In this document: positions 37,373 to 54,162 of the stretch, piece by piece | How the letters are laid out: every line of letters starts with the position of its first letter | Numbering within the stretch: the stretch's first letter is position 1 | Assembly (NCBI GenBank): GCA_964016885.1 | Contig: OZ024741.1 | Span: 270,692,001-270,756,000 of the forward strand | From: Eledone cirrhosa | Lineage: Eukaryota | DNA: 64,000 bases | Direction of reading: 5' to 3' | The notes under the pieces: model-generated | The model's input: the letters and a program-made list of their open reading frames with translations, nothing else | Told to the model about the DNA's origin: nothing | Databases searched by the model: none | Program-made: the position numbers and the translations under genes

Positions 37373-38515
37373 CATCATCATTTTACATCCGCTTTTCCCT
37401 GCTTGCAAGGGTGGGCTGGGTCCTATTCAGCACAGCATCTCTCCACTTTTCACGGTCCTTCGTCATGTCCTCTGTGAGCTTCAGCGATCTAAGGTCTGCT
37501 CTCACCACCTCCGCCCATGTTTTTCGTGGTCTACCTCTACCACGTCTTCCTTCAACTGGCATTTCCTGTCACTTCTTCACCCATCGGTCATCCTCCATGT
37601 GCATCACATGTCCATACCATCGCAGTTTCCTTTCCCGCACACAACAATTTATCCCTATCAGACACAGTTTCTCTCTCAACATATCCATGCTCAGCCATTC
37701 ACGTACATTGACATTGCACATCCAATGGAGCAGGTTTGCCTCATTTCTCTCCAGCCGTTGTATATCCTCTGCAGTTGCTGCCCATGTCTCACTACCATGC
37801 AGCATCGCGGATCTCACACAGGCATCATATAACGGGCCTTTCGTATGCAGGGAGAAACCCTTCTTTGTCAACAGGAAGCAGCTCCCTAAACTTCTTCCAA
37901 CCCGTCCTTATTCTAGATACTATTGCCTCCCATGCTAATCTCATCACCTAGGTACCGTAAACTATCAACAACTTCTGTAGAACCTACCTGCATTTGAAAA
38001 ATGTGTCTATCACTGCGACTCCTACTGACAAATTTCCCTGTACATCTACTGCATACATAGTTTTCCCGATCTGTTAGTTTGCCTGTTATCTCACTACATC
38101 TCTTGTATACCCAAGATCTGCATTGTATACATTTTATAGAGTTTATGCCAGCTCCTTTTCTACATATCGAACATGGCCATTTCCCTGATGGAATCAGAGT
38201 ATTGTCCTCTCTTCTACTTATCAACACTTTTGTCTTAGCTAGGTTCACTCTCAGTCCTCTTGATTCCAACTGCTGTTTCAATTGCTAGAATTTATTCTCC
38301 AGCTCCTCTACTGATTCTGCTATAAGAACCAGATCGTCAGCATAGAGAAGTTCCCATGGACAGCCAGTCTTAAATTCCTCTGTTACGACCTGGAGGACTA
38401 TAATAACAAGAGTGGGCTGAGGATCGAATCCTGATGCACTCCTACTTGTATCTGGAATTCCTCACTAAACTCCATTCCTACCCTAACTTTACTGACAGTT
38501 CCTCTGTACATAGCT
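37373..38515 (-). pseudogene. RTE LINE fragment, short-3'UTR subfamily
   Basis: LLYADD, WPCSICRKG, HGSETWAAT; similar to 57268-58185. Confidence 0.9.
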
Positions 38516-38516
38516 T

Positions 38517-39180
38517 CATCATCATCATCATCATCGTTTAACGTCTATCTTCCACACTAGCATGGGTTTAGACAGGAATTGTCCCACGTGAGGCAAGATT
38601 GATTGTCTTGCTCGTATAGGACTGTCTGGCAGGTTTTCTACGGCTGGATGCCCTTCCTAACTCCAACCACGTTTACAGTGTGGAACTGGGAGGTTTTTAC
38701 CATGTTACCTACACGGCCACATTACAGCGTGGACTGTGTTTTTTGTCGTGACACCTACACGACCTCATTTATTTAGAACTGGATGTTATGGTACCAACAT
38801 AACTTTACAGAGAAAGGGGTGGTGTAGATGGGGGTGGGGGAAGGAGTAGTGGGATGGCGGTGTATTTTTGGTTAAGAGGTGCCTACTGACTGTAGGTTTC
38901 GCTTTGTACATAGGCAAGGCGGGTCTTCTGTATTACTGCATAGCGCCAAAGATCTCGGTCCAGTGACATTGTCTTAGAGAGGTGCAAGTGTGTAAGGTCG
39001 TAATTTATCAAATCATCCCAGGTTTTTCTGGGTCTGCCTACTCCGTAGCTTCCATCTATTTTTATCGCCCTGCACTTTTTTATACAGCTGTCGTCTTTCA
39101 TGCGCATCACGTGACCATACCAACGTAGTCTTCTCTCGAGTAAACAGCATCTGATCCCTCTTATTCCTAATTTCTCACTT
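38517..39180 (-). mobile_element. RTE LINE 3' fragment
   Basis: RLRWYGHVMR, 3' UTR and (GAT)n tail. Confidence 0.88.
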
Positions 39181-39226
39181 TTTATTTATACTTTGCTGTT
39201 CACTTATATTAATGCATATTTATATA

Positions 39227-40080
39227 TCTATATATATAAAGTTGTATTCCTGTCTGTTTGTTTATTTGTTTGTTCACGAACTACACCTATGGTTTTGGAG
39301 ATAGACTCCCATAACCGTATATATTCTGAAACTTCATTGCCCAGGGTACTTGGACAAGTATATTTCATTTTAATCAAACGGTTCCCTGGGGGCACAAAAC
39401 CCAGCTGAAAATGTTTTCCCTTCGATTTATATGAAATTTAAACCATAGGTAAATGACAAGATATGATGTCTATTCACAAAGTTTCAATAATATTAAGTTT
39501 ATAAGTTAACACCCTGATGGGGAGTAAAACCCCCTATTAGGGTTCCCCAGAGGCACAAACGCCTGGTGAAAATTTTTTCCCTTCGATTTATATGTAATTT
39601 AAACAAAAGGTTAATGACAAGATATGATGCCTATTCACAAAATTTCAATAATATTAAGACACCCTAATGGGAGTTAAACCCCCTATTAGGGTTCCCCAGG
39701 GGCACAAACATCCGCTGAACATTTTTTCCCTTCGATTTATATGAAATTTAAACCATAGGCAAATGACAAGATATGATGCCTATTCACAAAAGTTTTGAAT
39801 TGATATTTTGAAAAAAATTATTTTCAAGAAACAAAATAAGAATAAGATTTAATAATTGTTTCTACTTTTGGCACAAGGCCAGCAATTACCCCAGTGTATT
39901 ACTGGTACTTTATATTGCAAAAAATAATGTTTTCCAATTTTTCATGCATTACATTTTACATTTAGTAATATTGAAATGCAGAGTTTTTCTCCATAAATGA
40001 TATCACTGATTTCAAATCAGTCATCATTTTCTTACAAAAAAGATGTGTGAAACGCAGCAAGGCGCAGGTAATTCGGCTAG
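39227..40080 (+). mobile_element. Non-autonomous Helitron with three ~150-bp internal repeats and a SINE fragment
   Basis: A|TC start, CTAG|T end, subterminal GC-rich motif; second copy at 59091-59852. Confidence 0.8.
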
Positions 40081-40104
40081 TATTTATATATATATATATA
40101 TATA

Positions 40105-40787
40105 TCATCATCGTTTAACGTCCATCTTCCACGCTAGCATGGGTTTGGACGGTAATTTTCCCACTTGAGGCAAGATTGGTTGTCTCGCTCGTATAGGACT
40201 GTCTGGCAGGTTTTCTACGGCTGGATGCCCTTCCTAACACCAACCACGTTTACAGTGTGGAATGGGAGGTTTTTACCGTGTTACCTACACGGCCACATTA
40301 CAGCGTGGACTGTGTATTTTTTTGTCGTGACACCTACACGACCTCATTTATTTAGAACTGGATGTCGTGGTACCAACATAACTTTACATTGAAAGAGGGT
40401 GGTGTGGATGGGGTGGGGTAGTGGGGCGGGGTGTATTTTGGTAAGAGGTACCTACTGACTGTAGGTTTCGCTTTGCACTTAGGCAAGGCGGGTCTTCTGT
40501 AATACTTCGTAACGCCAAAGATCTCGGTCCAGTGACATTGTCTTGGAGAGGTGTAAGTGTGTGAGGTCGGAATTTATCAAGTCGTCCCAGGTTTTTCTGG
40601 GTCTGCCTACTCCGTGGCTACCGTCTATTTTGATTGGCCTGCACTTTTTTTTATACAGCTGTCGTCTTTCATGCGCATCACGTGACCATACCAACGTAGT
40701 CTTCTCTCGAGTAAACAGCATCTGATCGCTCTTATTCCTAATTTCTCACTTAGTTCATGTATGCTTTGCCGTTCAAGTATATTACTA

Positions 40788-40788
<1 letters not shown>
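40105..40788 (-). mobile_element. RTE LINE 3' fragment between (AT)n tracts
   Basis: Same motifs as 38517. Confidence 0.88.
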
Positions 40789-40842
<54 letters not shown>

Positions 40843-40944
40843 CTCTTTTACCTGCTCTAGGCATCCGGCTGAGGCCATGCTGGGGCACCACCCTTGTTGC
40901 TACACATTCTATCTCCAGCCTGTGTTGGCTGGTCATTGGTGTAA

Positions 40945-41245
40945 GTTTTTTGAATATTAATAATAATATTCGATTCGTTTGCAATTATGCAAACACCCTC
41001 TTTTTTAATATATTTTCACTAGCTCTAACAGTTGGCAGGTGAACAGTGAGCTGTACTGATGAAGGGTGATACCCAGAAACATTAGTGTCCGCAGTTCTCA
41101 TTATATGCCAACACAAGAGCAAGAATGAGGGGCTCATTAAAAAAAGAGGCTGTTTGCATAATTGAAAATGAATCGAATATTATTATAAATATTCAAAAAA
41201 CTCAGATTACATTTATTGTATTCAGCTATGTAGATCGATAACTTT
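40945..41245 (+). mobile_element. Family R fragment with inverted stub; HHR at ~41040-41098
   Basis: gagctgta-CTGATGA-agggtgataccca-GAAA-cattagtg-TC-cgcagttc; 40945-41007 is inverted relative to 41139-41200. Confidence 0.75.
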
Positions 41246-41359
41246 TTAAAAAATAGCTCTATATATCTATATATATGTATGTCCCACCCTTGCAAGCAGG
41301 GAAAAGCGGACATAAAATGATGATGATGATGTATATTTATATACATATTTCTCTCTCTC

Positions 41360-41391
<32 letters not shown>

Positions 41392-41679
41392 CATATATAT
41401 GTATATTTATAAATATATATATATGTATATATGTATCTATCTATCTCTCTCTCTCTATATATATATAGACATATATATATATATATGTATATATCTATAT
41501 TTATATATATATATATATAGTAATAATAATAATCTATCTCTCTCTATATATATAGACATATATATATATGTATATATCTATATTTATATATATATATAGT
41601 AATAATAAGAAATGTGAAGACTAAAATCGAAAGAGGGCTCGATAAGGATAAATATATATCAAATATATAAGAACCCTAG

Positions 41680-41756
41680 AGCAAAGAATCGCTGCTTTCA
41701 CCCTTAACGGGATCTTCTGAAGATCCCGTTAAGGGTGAAAGCAATGATTCTTTGCT
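41680..41756. repeat. Fold-back palindrome with 38-bp arms and a 1-nt spacer
   Basis: agcaaagaatcgctgctttcacccttaacgggatcttc-T-gaagatcccgttaagggtgaaagcaatgattctttgct; 2 mismatches. Confidence 0.85.
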
Positions 41757-41906
41757 TAAACTTTAATCTGTTATTTTAATAAATATGTATATATATATAT
41801 ATATATATATACCCACTCTACTACCCTAAGTATTGAGTACTTTGGTGCGTTATGGTCTATCTGGTTCCTTACCACATTTCCTTCGTTATATATATATATA
41901 TATATA

Positions 41907-41952
<46 letters not shown>

Positions 41953-42261
41953 TATATATATATATATATATATATATTCATATATATATATATATATATA
42001 TATGTATTCATATATGTATATTTATATATATACATATAGATGTATATCTATTTATATATACAGACAAATAGGCAAATATATATAAATGTGTGTATATGTG
42101 TATATATATATTATATATATCTATCTATGTATTTGTATATATATAAGTATATATGTGTGTAAGTATGTATATAAGTATATATGTGTGTATGTATGTATAT
42201 AAGTATATATGTGTGTATGTATGTATATACTTATATATATATATAAATGTATATATATATA

Positions 42262-42308
<47 letters not shown>

Positions 42309-42598
42309 ATATATATATATTTATATTTGTATATATATATAAGTATATATATATATGTATATAAGTATATATATATATAAGTATATATATATATATATAA
42401 AAGTCTATATATATATATGAATGTATATATATATATATAAAAGTATATATATATATATATATATATATATGAATGTATATATATATATATATATATATAC
42501 GTATGTATATACATATATATCTATATGGGTATATAAGTATATATATATGTATATAAATGAATGTATGTATATGTAAATGTATATATATCCATATGTAC

Positions 42599-42637
<39 letters not shown>

Positions 42638-43254
42638 CCATCATAATATGTATGTGCGTGTGTGTCCCCCCATATACATATATCATCATCATCATCATTA
42701 TCTAACGTCCATTTTTCACGCTAGCATGGGTCTGGATATATATATATATATATATATATAGACGTACATACAATTCTGTGCGTGTGTGTAGTTTTATAGC
42801 ATGTCCCATATGTAAGGAAATATCCAATCATATCTTCATTCAGAAGCCTGACATACTTATGGGACACGAGCGATAGGTGTCGTATATATAAATATACTTG
42901 TGTATACTCATGTCTGTATAGGGATTTATCTATCTACATATGTATATATCTATATATAAATATATATTTTATATATATATATAATATATACATTATATAT
43001 ATATATATGTAATGTATATATTTTATAAATATATATGCATTTGTAAGTGTGTATATATATATGCTATAAATAAATATATGTAGGTGTATATATATAATTA
43101 TATATATACATGTATATCTAAATGCATATATATATACATACATATGTGTATATATATATATCTATATGCATATATACATATATATATAATTATATATATA
43201 TATACATGTTTATTTATATACATATATCTACGTGTGTGTATGTATGTATATCCA

Positions 43255-43292
<38 letters not shown>

Positions 43293-43721
43293 GGTCATAT
43301 TTTGCCTCTCCTATATGTAAGTGGGCATGCGTAACAATGTGTTTGATACAAAACGCATTCGATGGTCGTAGATATACCAATACACACACACACACATATA
43401 TATACACACACACGCATATATATAGACATATATTTGTATGTATACACAGGCACATTATATATATACACATAAGCATGTACCCATAGATAGATATATACAT
43501 CACACATATACATTAATGTGTGTGTATATATATATATAAATGTATATATATATACACACACATGCAAATGTATACACACATAAATGTATATATATATGAT
43601 AAATATTTATGATATATATATATATAATGTTATATATATAATATGTTATATAAATATGTGCGTGTATATATATATATATATAAACACATGTGTATATATA
43701 TATATATATATATATAAACAC

Positions 43722-43752
<31 letters not shown>

Positions 43753-43953
43753 AACACATGTGTATTGAGTGCAATTAGACCAGCCACACACAGTAACGAT
43801 ACCATAACTTACCTAATCTCTCGCAGACACAGAGTGACATATTTATAGTTTACACACACATATATATAGTTACACACGCATATATATATAGTTACACACG
43901 CATATATATAGTTACACACGCATATATATATATATATATATATATACCTCTCA

Positions 43954-44024
<71 letters not shown>

Positions 44025-44191
44025 AAATTATTGTGTACAGTGCTCAGGTGCACTACAATAAATATATATATACATATACATATATATCGTTACACATACA
44101 TTTACACGAACACACGTACACACCGATGTACCAAAACAGAGGCGTGTACAACTATATCTACATATAGTATATATATATATAAACACACACA

Positions 44192-44227
<36 letters not shown>

Positions 44228-44698
44228 TATATACATATATATACACTTATATATAAGTGTATATATACTTATATATATATGTATACATATATATATATAT
44301 ATATATATACATACATATATATATATATAAACATATATATATGTATATATATACATACGTATATATATATATAAACATATATATATATAAACATATATAT
44401 ATATATATAAACATATATATATATATATAAACATATATATATATAAACATATATATATATATATATAAACATATATATATGTATATAAACATATATATAT
44501 GTATATAAACATATATATATGTATATATATACATACATATATATATAAACATATATATATGTATATATATACATACATATATATATAAACATATATATAT
44601 GTATATATATACATACATATATATATATATAAACATATATATATGTATATATATACATACATATATGTATATATATACATATATGTATATATATACAG

Positions 44699-44729
<31 letters not shown>

Positions 44730-44734
44730 CATAC

Positions 44735-44767
<33 letters not shown>

Positions 44768-44887
44768 AACACACACACACACAGATATATATACAGATAT
44801 ATACATATATACACTTATATATATATATATATATATATATACACTTATATATATATATACTTATATATATCTAAACATATATATATG

Positions 44888-44919
<32 letters not shown>

Positions 44920-44931
44920 CATATATATATG

Positions 44932-45028
<97 letters not shown>

Positions 45029-45062
45029 ACACACACACACAGATAGATATATATATATACAG

Positions 45063-45096
<34 letters not shown>

Positions 45097-45331
45097 ATAT
45101 ATATATAAACATATATATATGTATATATATATGTATATATATACATATATATACATATATATGTGGTGTGTGTATGCATAGAAATAAATATACCTATGTT
45201 AATACAGTGCCCCGTTCAGATTGGTGACACGTTTTCTCTCCTTATCTCTACTCATGACGAGCAATGCACACACACACGCTTGTGTGTATATATATGTGTA
45301 ATATGTATGTATATATATATGTGTGTGTATG

Positions 45332-45412
<81 letters not shown>

Positions 45413-45493
45413 ATATATATATATGTATGTGTGTGTATATGTATGTGTATATATATATATGTGTGTATATGTGTATATATATATATATGTATG

Positions 45494-45524
<31 letters not shown>

Positions 45525-45805
45525 GTATATTTATATATATATGTATATATATATGTATATTTATATATATATGTATATATATATATATATTTATATATAT
45601 ATGTATATATATATATATTTATATATATATATGTATGTATATATATATATATATATGTATGTATATATATATATATGTATATATATATATGTATATATAT
45701 ATTTATATATATATGTATATATATATGTATATATATATGTATATATATATGTATATATATATTTATATATATATATATATGTATATATATTTATATATAT
45801 ATATC

Positions 45806-45838
<33 letters not shown>

Positions 45839-45871
45839 TTATATATATATGTATATATATGTATATATATT

Positions 45872-45902
<31 letters not shown>

Positions 45903-46065
45903 GTGCATATATATATATGTCATATATGCGTGTGTATATTTATGTATACACATACACACTATATATATATATATATATACACGTATATATATACATACAT
46001 ATATGCGTATACGTTACAGATATATTCATTTTAAGTAATGCATACTTTACATATATATATATATG

Positions 46066-46142
<77 letters not shown>

Positions 46143-46466
46143 AAAATATGCCTGGTGGTCACTGATCTGTCCACTTCGTTTGTCTACCAGCATATCATGA
46201 AAAAAATTATACATTTCTATATATTTTGTCTGAGAACATGTTTTGCTTTATCTTATACATAAAACTTTACATTTTCGAAATATATATAATGAAATAAACA
46301 GAGATGAGATAAAAAGTATATATCTTTCGTTTATTACTATTATACACACACATATATATATATATTAGTATACACATTGCTGATACTACTTTCTCTCTAT
46401 CCATATCGATCAACACATATTTATATAAATATATGTACATACATACATATAAATCATATAAATGTT

Positions 46467-46533
<67 letters not shown>

Positions 46534-46814
46534 TTATTTTATACATATATATATTGGTGTGTATGTTCAGACACACACATGAATATGTATTAGTCGATAG
46601 ATTTTTCTACGCACGCCCGATCCATATTTACAAACACATGTATATACATACATAACCTTACAGCACAGATACATAAACACACACAAATAGTTTCGTTGAA
46701 TGCTTACAAGGTTACTTTTGCGTGTTCGTATATTCACACACACACACACACATATGTATACGTGTGTGTGTACATATATATATATGTGTATGTATATATC
46801 TATATATGTGTGTG

Positions 46815-46845
<31 letters not shown>

Positions 46846-46922
46846 ATGTATATATATGTGTGTGTGTATGTATATATATATGTGTATGTATATATATTAA
46901 TATATATATACATATATATGTA

Positions 46923-46998
46923 TAATGGTGTCCCAAAAAATGTATACTCTTCAGCAGCATTCTAATCAAAGTACGCTTACATTTTTTGTGACACCCTG
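46923..46998. mobile_element. 76-bp Tc1-type MITE remnant
   Basis: ggtgtcccaaaaaatgta / tacattttttgtgacacc inverted ends. Confidence 0.55.
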
Positions 46999-47450
46999 CA
47001 CATATGTATATATATATATAAATATAATATATATATAAATTATATGCACACCTCTATATAAACATGTATACAGATTTCTACGAAGTAATTTCCATTATGT
47101 ATATATGTGTACATATATATATATATATGCGTGTTTGTGTGCGTGTATATATATATATAGAGAGAGAGAGCGCGAGAGAATGTATGTATGATTGCACGTG
47201 TTTGTATGTGTATGAAAGTATGAACAAATACATCGATATGACTGTGTTGATTAGGTAGGTTCTTTTTGGTAGGATACACATATATACACACATGAGCTCT
47301 CTCGTTTTCTCTCTCCACCCTCTCTCTCTCTCTCTCTATTTGTATATATATAGAGAGAGAGACGTGTGTGTGGTTGTGCGCGTAGGCATGTATATATATA
47401 GATGGATATACATACATGTATATATATACATTTATATGTACATACATATT

Positions 47451-47533
<83 letters not shown>

Positions 47534-47547
47534 GCACATACACAGAC

Positions 47548-47612
<65 letters not shown>

Positions 47613-48286
47613 TATATAAACATAGATATACATATACATCCTTGTACATATACATACCTAGATATACATATATATATAATATATATATATATATACACAC
47701 TTATATACATATGTAAATATATAGATTATTAGTTTTGTCGGAGTGGACTAAGACATTTTTAGAGGAATTAAGGTTTAAAATCTCAGGAATATGTAAATAT
47801 ATATATATATATATATACATGAATGTGGGTGTGTGTGTGTGTGTATGCCTTACCAGATTAAAATGTTGACTGACCTATAGTCTCAGGCCTTCAATATACA
47901 AAAGTCCCAAATAATTTCATTATTTGAACTATTTAATTATACGAAAGGGCCCACGAAATTTTCAGCTAGTTACCCCATACAGGTATAATGTGCCCTTGAA
48001 TACATATATACATACAAACACACACATTGCTAGGCCAATGTATACACGATTCACACTAATACGAATATGTCTAGATACACACACACATTATATATATATA
48101 TATATATATATATAATGTATGTATATATATATAATGTATGTATATATATATATGTATGTATATATATATATGTATGTATATATATATATGTATGTATATA
48201 TATATATGTATATATATATATGTATGTATATATAATTGTAAATATATATACATATATATATATATATATGTGTATATATATGTAAG

Positions 48287-48320
<34 letters not shown>

Positions 48321-48381
48321 CATATATATATATATATGTGTAAGTATATATATATATATATATATACAAATATATATATAT

Positions 48382-48424
<43 letters not shown>

Positions 48425-48513
48425 TACATATATATACATATATATATATATATTCAAATATATATACAAATATATATACATATATATATATATACACATA
48501 TATATATATATAT

Positions 48514-48621
<108 letters not shown>

Positions 48622-48725
48622 TCAAATATATATACAAATATATATACATATATATATATATACACATATATATATATATATACAAATATATATATATATA
48701 TATATACACATATATATATATATAT

Positions 48726-48795
<70 letters not shown>

Positions 48796-48899
48796 ATATA
48801 TATACAAATATATATATATATACAAATATATATACAAATATATGTATACAAATATATATTCAAAAGATATATGTACATATATATATACGTGTGTGTGTG

Positions 48900-48936
<37 letters not shown>

Positions 48937-49310
48937 ACATCTATATATATACATATATATATATATTTATACACACATATATATACTTATATATATATAC
49001 ATATATATATATATACATACATATATACATACATATATATATATACATATATATACATACATACATATATATATATATATACTTACACACATATATATAT
49101 ATATACATACATATACATACATACTTATATATACATACATACATTCATGTATATATATATATATATATATTTATATACATAGCTGAGTGGTTCAGGTGAG
49201 CGCTCCAATACCAATGTGGTTTTGGGTTTCGGTCCCGTTACGAGGCAGCTAGAGCAAATGTCTACTACTATATATATAAACCTAATAATATAAGGACGTG
49301 TTTTCGTGCA

Positions 49311-49346
<36 letters not shown>

Positions 49347-49351
<5 letters not shown>

Positions 49352-49797
49352 ATATATTAATAAATGGAAACTATATTTATAAAACCATATTTATTTTATT
49401 ATACATATTCAAGGTTAACCAAGGCAAATTATGGTGCGCTTTCATCAGATAAAATACAGATTTGTTTTATAAATAAATATTGACATACCCGGAAAAAAAG
49501 ACAACCTTAACGGTTGGGGCTTCCTGGATAGCCCCAACCGTTAAGGTTGTCTTTTTTTCCGGGTATGTCAATATTTATTTATAAAACAAATCTGTATTTT
49601 ATCTGATGAAAGCGCACCATAATTTGCCTTGGTTGTCCTTGAATATGTATAATAAAATAAATATGGTTTTATAAATATAGTTTCCATTTATTAATATATT
49701 GTGTATTTACTCCACTAAATTGTTGAGTGCTTTATACCAGTTATATAAAAAAAAAATGTTTAAGCTTGTTGAATCCCAACAAATTAAATATAACCTC

Positions 49798-49801
<4 letters not shown>
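49347..49801. mobile_element. Family A element forming a 175-bp-arm palindrome
   Basis: Arms 49347-49521 and 49530-49704, spacer TCCTGGAT, about 2 mismatches seen; HHR-like core in each arm. Confidence 0.88.
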
Positions 49802-49851
<50 letters not shown>

Positions 49852-49970
49852 CTTACATATATATCACGATATATATACATGTACCACTCATACAAATAGT
49901 CATATGAATACACAAGTGTGTATGTAATATATATACTTACGCATGTATATATTCTTACATACATTCACTT

Positions 49971-50002
<32 letters not shown>

Positions 50003-50041
50003 TATAAGATATATATATATATGTATATATATATTTATATA

Positions 50042-50085
<44 letters not shown>

Positions 50086-50840
50086 TATATATATATACAT
50101 ATATATAAAGATATATATATATTCATAATCACATGGCATATATCCATATACATACCATATACGGACAGTATTACATATTCATAGAAATATATATATATAT
50201 ATAATATATATATATACATAAATAAATATGCATATATGTCTATTTATAAAAGGATGTATATATATAGTATACATTCGAGTGTATATATAAGGCTTACTAA
50301 TGTACTATCAATAAACTTACATAGTGAGATTGAGTCAGAAATCTACACACACATACACACTCACGTATACACACACTTACATATATACACGCAACGGATA
50401 ATAATTTTGCGTGTGCGTGTACCTATTTTAGTTTGTGTAGGTGTGCTTGCTTGTGTGTGTATGTGATGCATGAGTGTGTGAATCAGTATGAGCGCGTGTG
50501 TATGTCCGTGTGGTTGTTTGAGTTTATGTGCGTATGCGAGCCAGTATTATGTGTTTGTGTGTGTGTGAGACAGTATATATGTGTCTGTGTGGTTGTTTGA
50601 GTGTGTATATGGGATTGCATGTATGTGTGTGTGTGTATGTGAGACAGCATGTGTGTGTGTGTGTGTGCCCGTTAAGTTGTTTAAGTGTGTGTGACCGTGT
50701 GGTTGTTTGAGCGTATGTATGTGACTATGTGTCTGTTTCTGCGTGTATGTATATATATATATATATATAAGATAGTACATTTGTGTAGGTTTGTATGTTG
50801 TTGTTTTTGTTTGTGGCTGTGTGTATATATCAGACTGTAC

Positions 50841-50936
<96 letters not shown>

Positions 50937-51238
50937 CTACGTGTGTGTGAGTATATATATATACATATCAGACTACGTGTGTGTGTGTGTTTATATATAT
51001 GACTACGTGTGTGTGTATGGAAATAAAGACAGGATGTTAACACTAACACTCCGTGTGGATGGCCGTATTACACTCGTTCATATAACAAACCTCCAAACAA
51101 TAGTGTGTGTGTATGTATATATACATATATATGTCTCTCTGTATGTGTGTATAAAATGTGTATGTGTTGAGACGGACAGACAGACAAGAGAAATGGAATG
51201 AGTGGAGAGACATTGTATGGATAGTTAGAGGTATATAA

Positions 51239-51352
<114 letters not shown>

Positions 51353-51711
51353 TGTGTGACTATATGTTGGATATATATATATCCATACAATATATATACA
51401 GACGTATATATAATATATATATGTATGCATATATATATATATATGTATATGTGTATATATATGTATGTGTATATATATATACATACGTATGTATAATATA
51501 TATGTAATATATATACACATACGTATATATAAAATATATATATATATATATATACACACGTATCTATCTATATATAATATATATGTGTATATGTATATAC
51601 ATATATATATATATATATGGATATATGTATATATATATATGTGTATGTGTATATATATATATATGTATATATATACATACGTATATATAATCTGTATATG
51701 TGTATATATAT

Positions 51712-51743
<32 letters not shown>

Positions 51744-51961
51744 TTATATATGTACATGTATATATATTTATATTTATATATATACATGTATATATATTTA
51801 TATTTATATATATATTTATATATATACATATATATATATTTATATTTATATATATACATGTATATATATTTATATATATACATGTGAGTATGTGTGTGTA
51901 TGTATGTGTCTGCTGTATTCGAGAATGTATATCATTATTCACGCAAATACGATATATATAT

Positions 51962-52037
<76 letters not shown>

Positions 52038-52560
52038 GTAATATATTATATTATATATTAAATACATACACACGTTGGTATAGACAGATAAACATATATT
52101 TCCATACTCAACTTCACAAACGGAGACTGCTTTATATGTACATACACATACACACCTACAATGTAAACACAGTCATATATACACACATTGAAATGCGTGT
52201 ATATATGTCTCTGTGGTATTTGTGCTTTTATATGTGTGTTTATACATGATATATAACAATCGTCCATACATTGGTCATAATGCCTCTATCCGTGTCTTTC
52301 TCTCAAATATATACACGTATTTTATACACACATCCACGGAACTATATATTTATACATTCATACATTCACAGGCACACAGACTTGAAAATTACTCTGTGTA
52401 CGTGTGTGTAGGTATATATATATATAGAGAGAGAGATACATAGATACATACACACACACACACACACTCTCACACATATATATATACATATATATATATA
52501 TAGATATATATATGCATACATATGTATATATAAATATATATATCTATATATTTATAAATA

Positions 52561-52625
<65 letters not shown>

Positions 52626-52696
52626 CATATATATATATATACATATATATACATACACACACATATATATATACATATACATACATATATGTACAT

Positions 52697-52727
<31 letters not shown>

Positions 52728-52809
52728 TGATGGCTGCCCCCTCGTTATCAAGTATGGCCATTGCACGATATACCATTATTAATAATAATTAATTAATTCT
52801 ATCGAGCAA

Positions 52810-54162
52810 TGTTGGGGTCCACCAGGGCTCTGTTCTTAGCCCTCTCCAGGCAATAACGGAGGAGTTTAAGACCGGATGCCCATGGGAACTCCTGTATGCT
52901 GATGACCTCGCACTTATAGCTGAATCTATGGTAGAACTAGAAATCTATGGTAGAACTAGAAATTCCAAACTTGGAAGCAGGGACTAGAAAGAAAGGGTCT
53001 CAAAGTCAACATGACAAAGACTAAGGTCCTTGTAAGTAGACGAGAAAACAGAACCCAGATCCCCTCAGGGAAATGGCCTTGCTCAGTATGTAGGAAAGGT
53101 GTAGGTAGGAACTCCATTCTCTGCCCCAAATGCAAACAATGGGTACACAAGAGATGTAGCGGGATCTCAGGAAGCTTAATTAAGAATGTAGGCTTCACAT
53201 GCAGCAGCTGTACTGGGACAGCAAGCAGCAAACAGCCATAGGAAACAAGTACCACCAATCTCTGGGAGGGCTCTGTAGAGACAGTAGACAGCTTCTGCTA
53301 CCTAGGTGACCGAATTAGCAGCGGAGGTGAGTGTTCAGAAAGTACAATAACTAGGGTAAGAACGGGATGGAAGAAGTTCAGGGAACTACTACCACTGCCA
53401 GCTGCAAAAGGCTTCTCCCTCAAAATGATGCGTGTATCCGAACAGCAATGTTACATGGTAGTGAGACCTGGGCGCTGAAGGTGGAAGACTTACGTAGATT
53501 AGAGAGAAACGAAGCCTGCATGCTCCGATGGATGTGTAATAGTAATATACGCGAACGACGAAGCATAAATGAATTGAGAGAGAGACTGAACATAAGAGGA
53601 ATCAAATGCTGTGTGCAGGAGAGGCGGTTGCGTTGGTATGGACATGTGATGCGTGTGAAGGATGACAGCTGCATAAAAAGGTGCAGAGAACTAGAAGTCG
53701 ATGGAAACCGCGGAGTGGGGAGACCCAAGATGATCTGGGATGAGGTGATAAAAGCCGACCTTACCCAATTACACCTCTCAAAGGCGATGACACACGACCG
53801 TGACCTCTGGCGTCACGCAGTAATACAGAGTACCCGACCTCCCATGGGTACAAGCTGAAGCATATAGACAATATGCCCCCACACCCTCCCACTGCAAGGT
53901 GGTCGTGGAGGTGCCACGGCAAAAAAGCACCCAGCCCACACTGTAAAGTGGATGTGTAGGCGCCACGAAAAAGCACCCAGTACTCACTGTAAATGAGGTT
54001 GGTGTTAGGAAGGGCATCCAGCTGTAGAAATCAAGCCAAGTCAGTTCCTGTATGAGCAAGGCATGGTCAGCCGACCAGACACTGCCCACAACAGGACAAC
54101 CCGTCTAACCCATGCTAGCGTGGAAGAATGGACGTAAAACGGTGATGATGATGATGATGATG
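52810..54162 (+). pseudogene. 5'-truncated RTE LINE
   Basis: LLYADD, WPCSVC, HGSETW, RLRWYGH; 3' end near-identical to 20235-20870. Confidence 0.9.
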
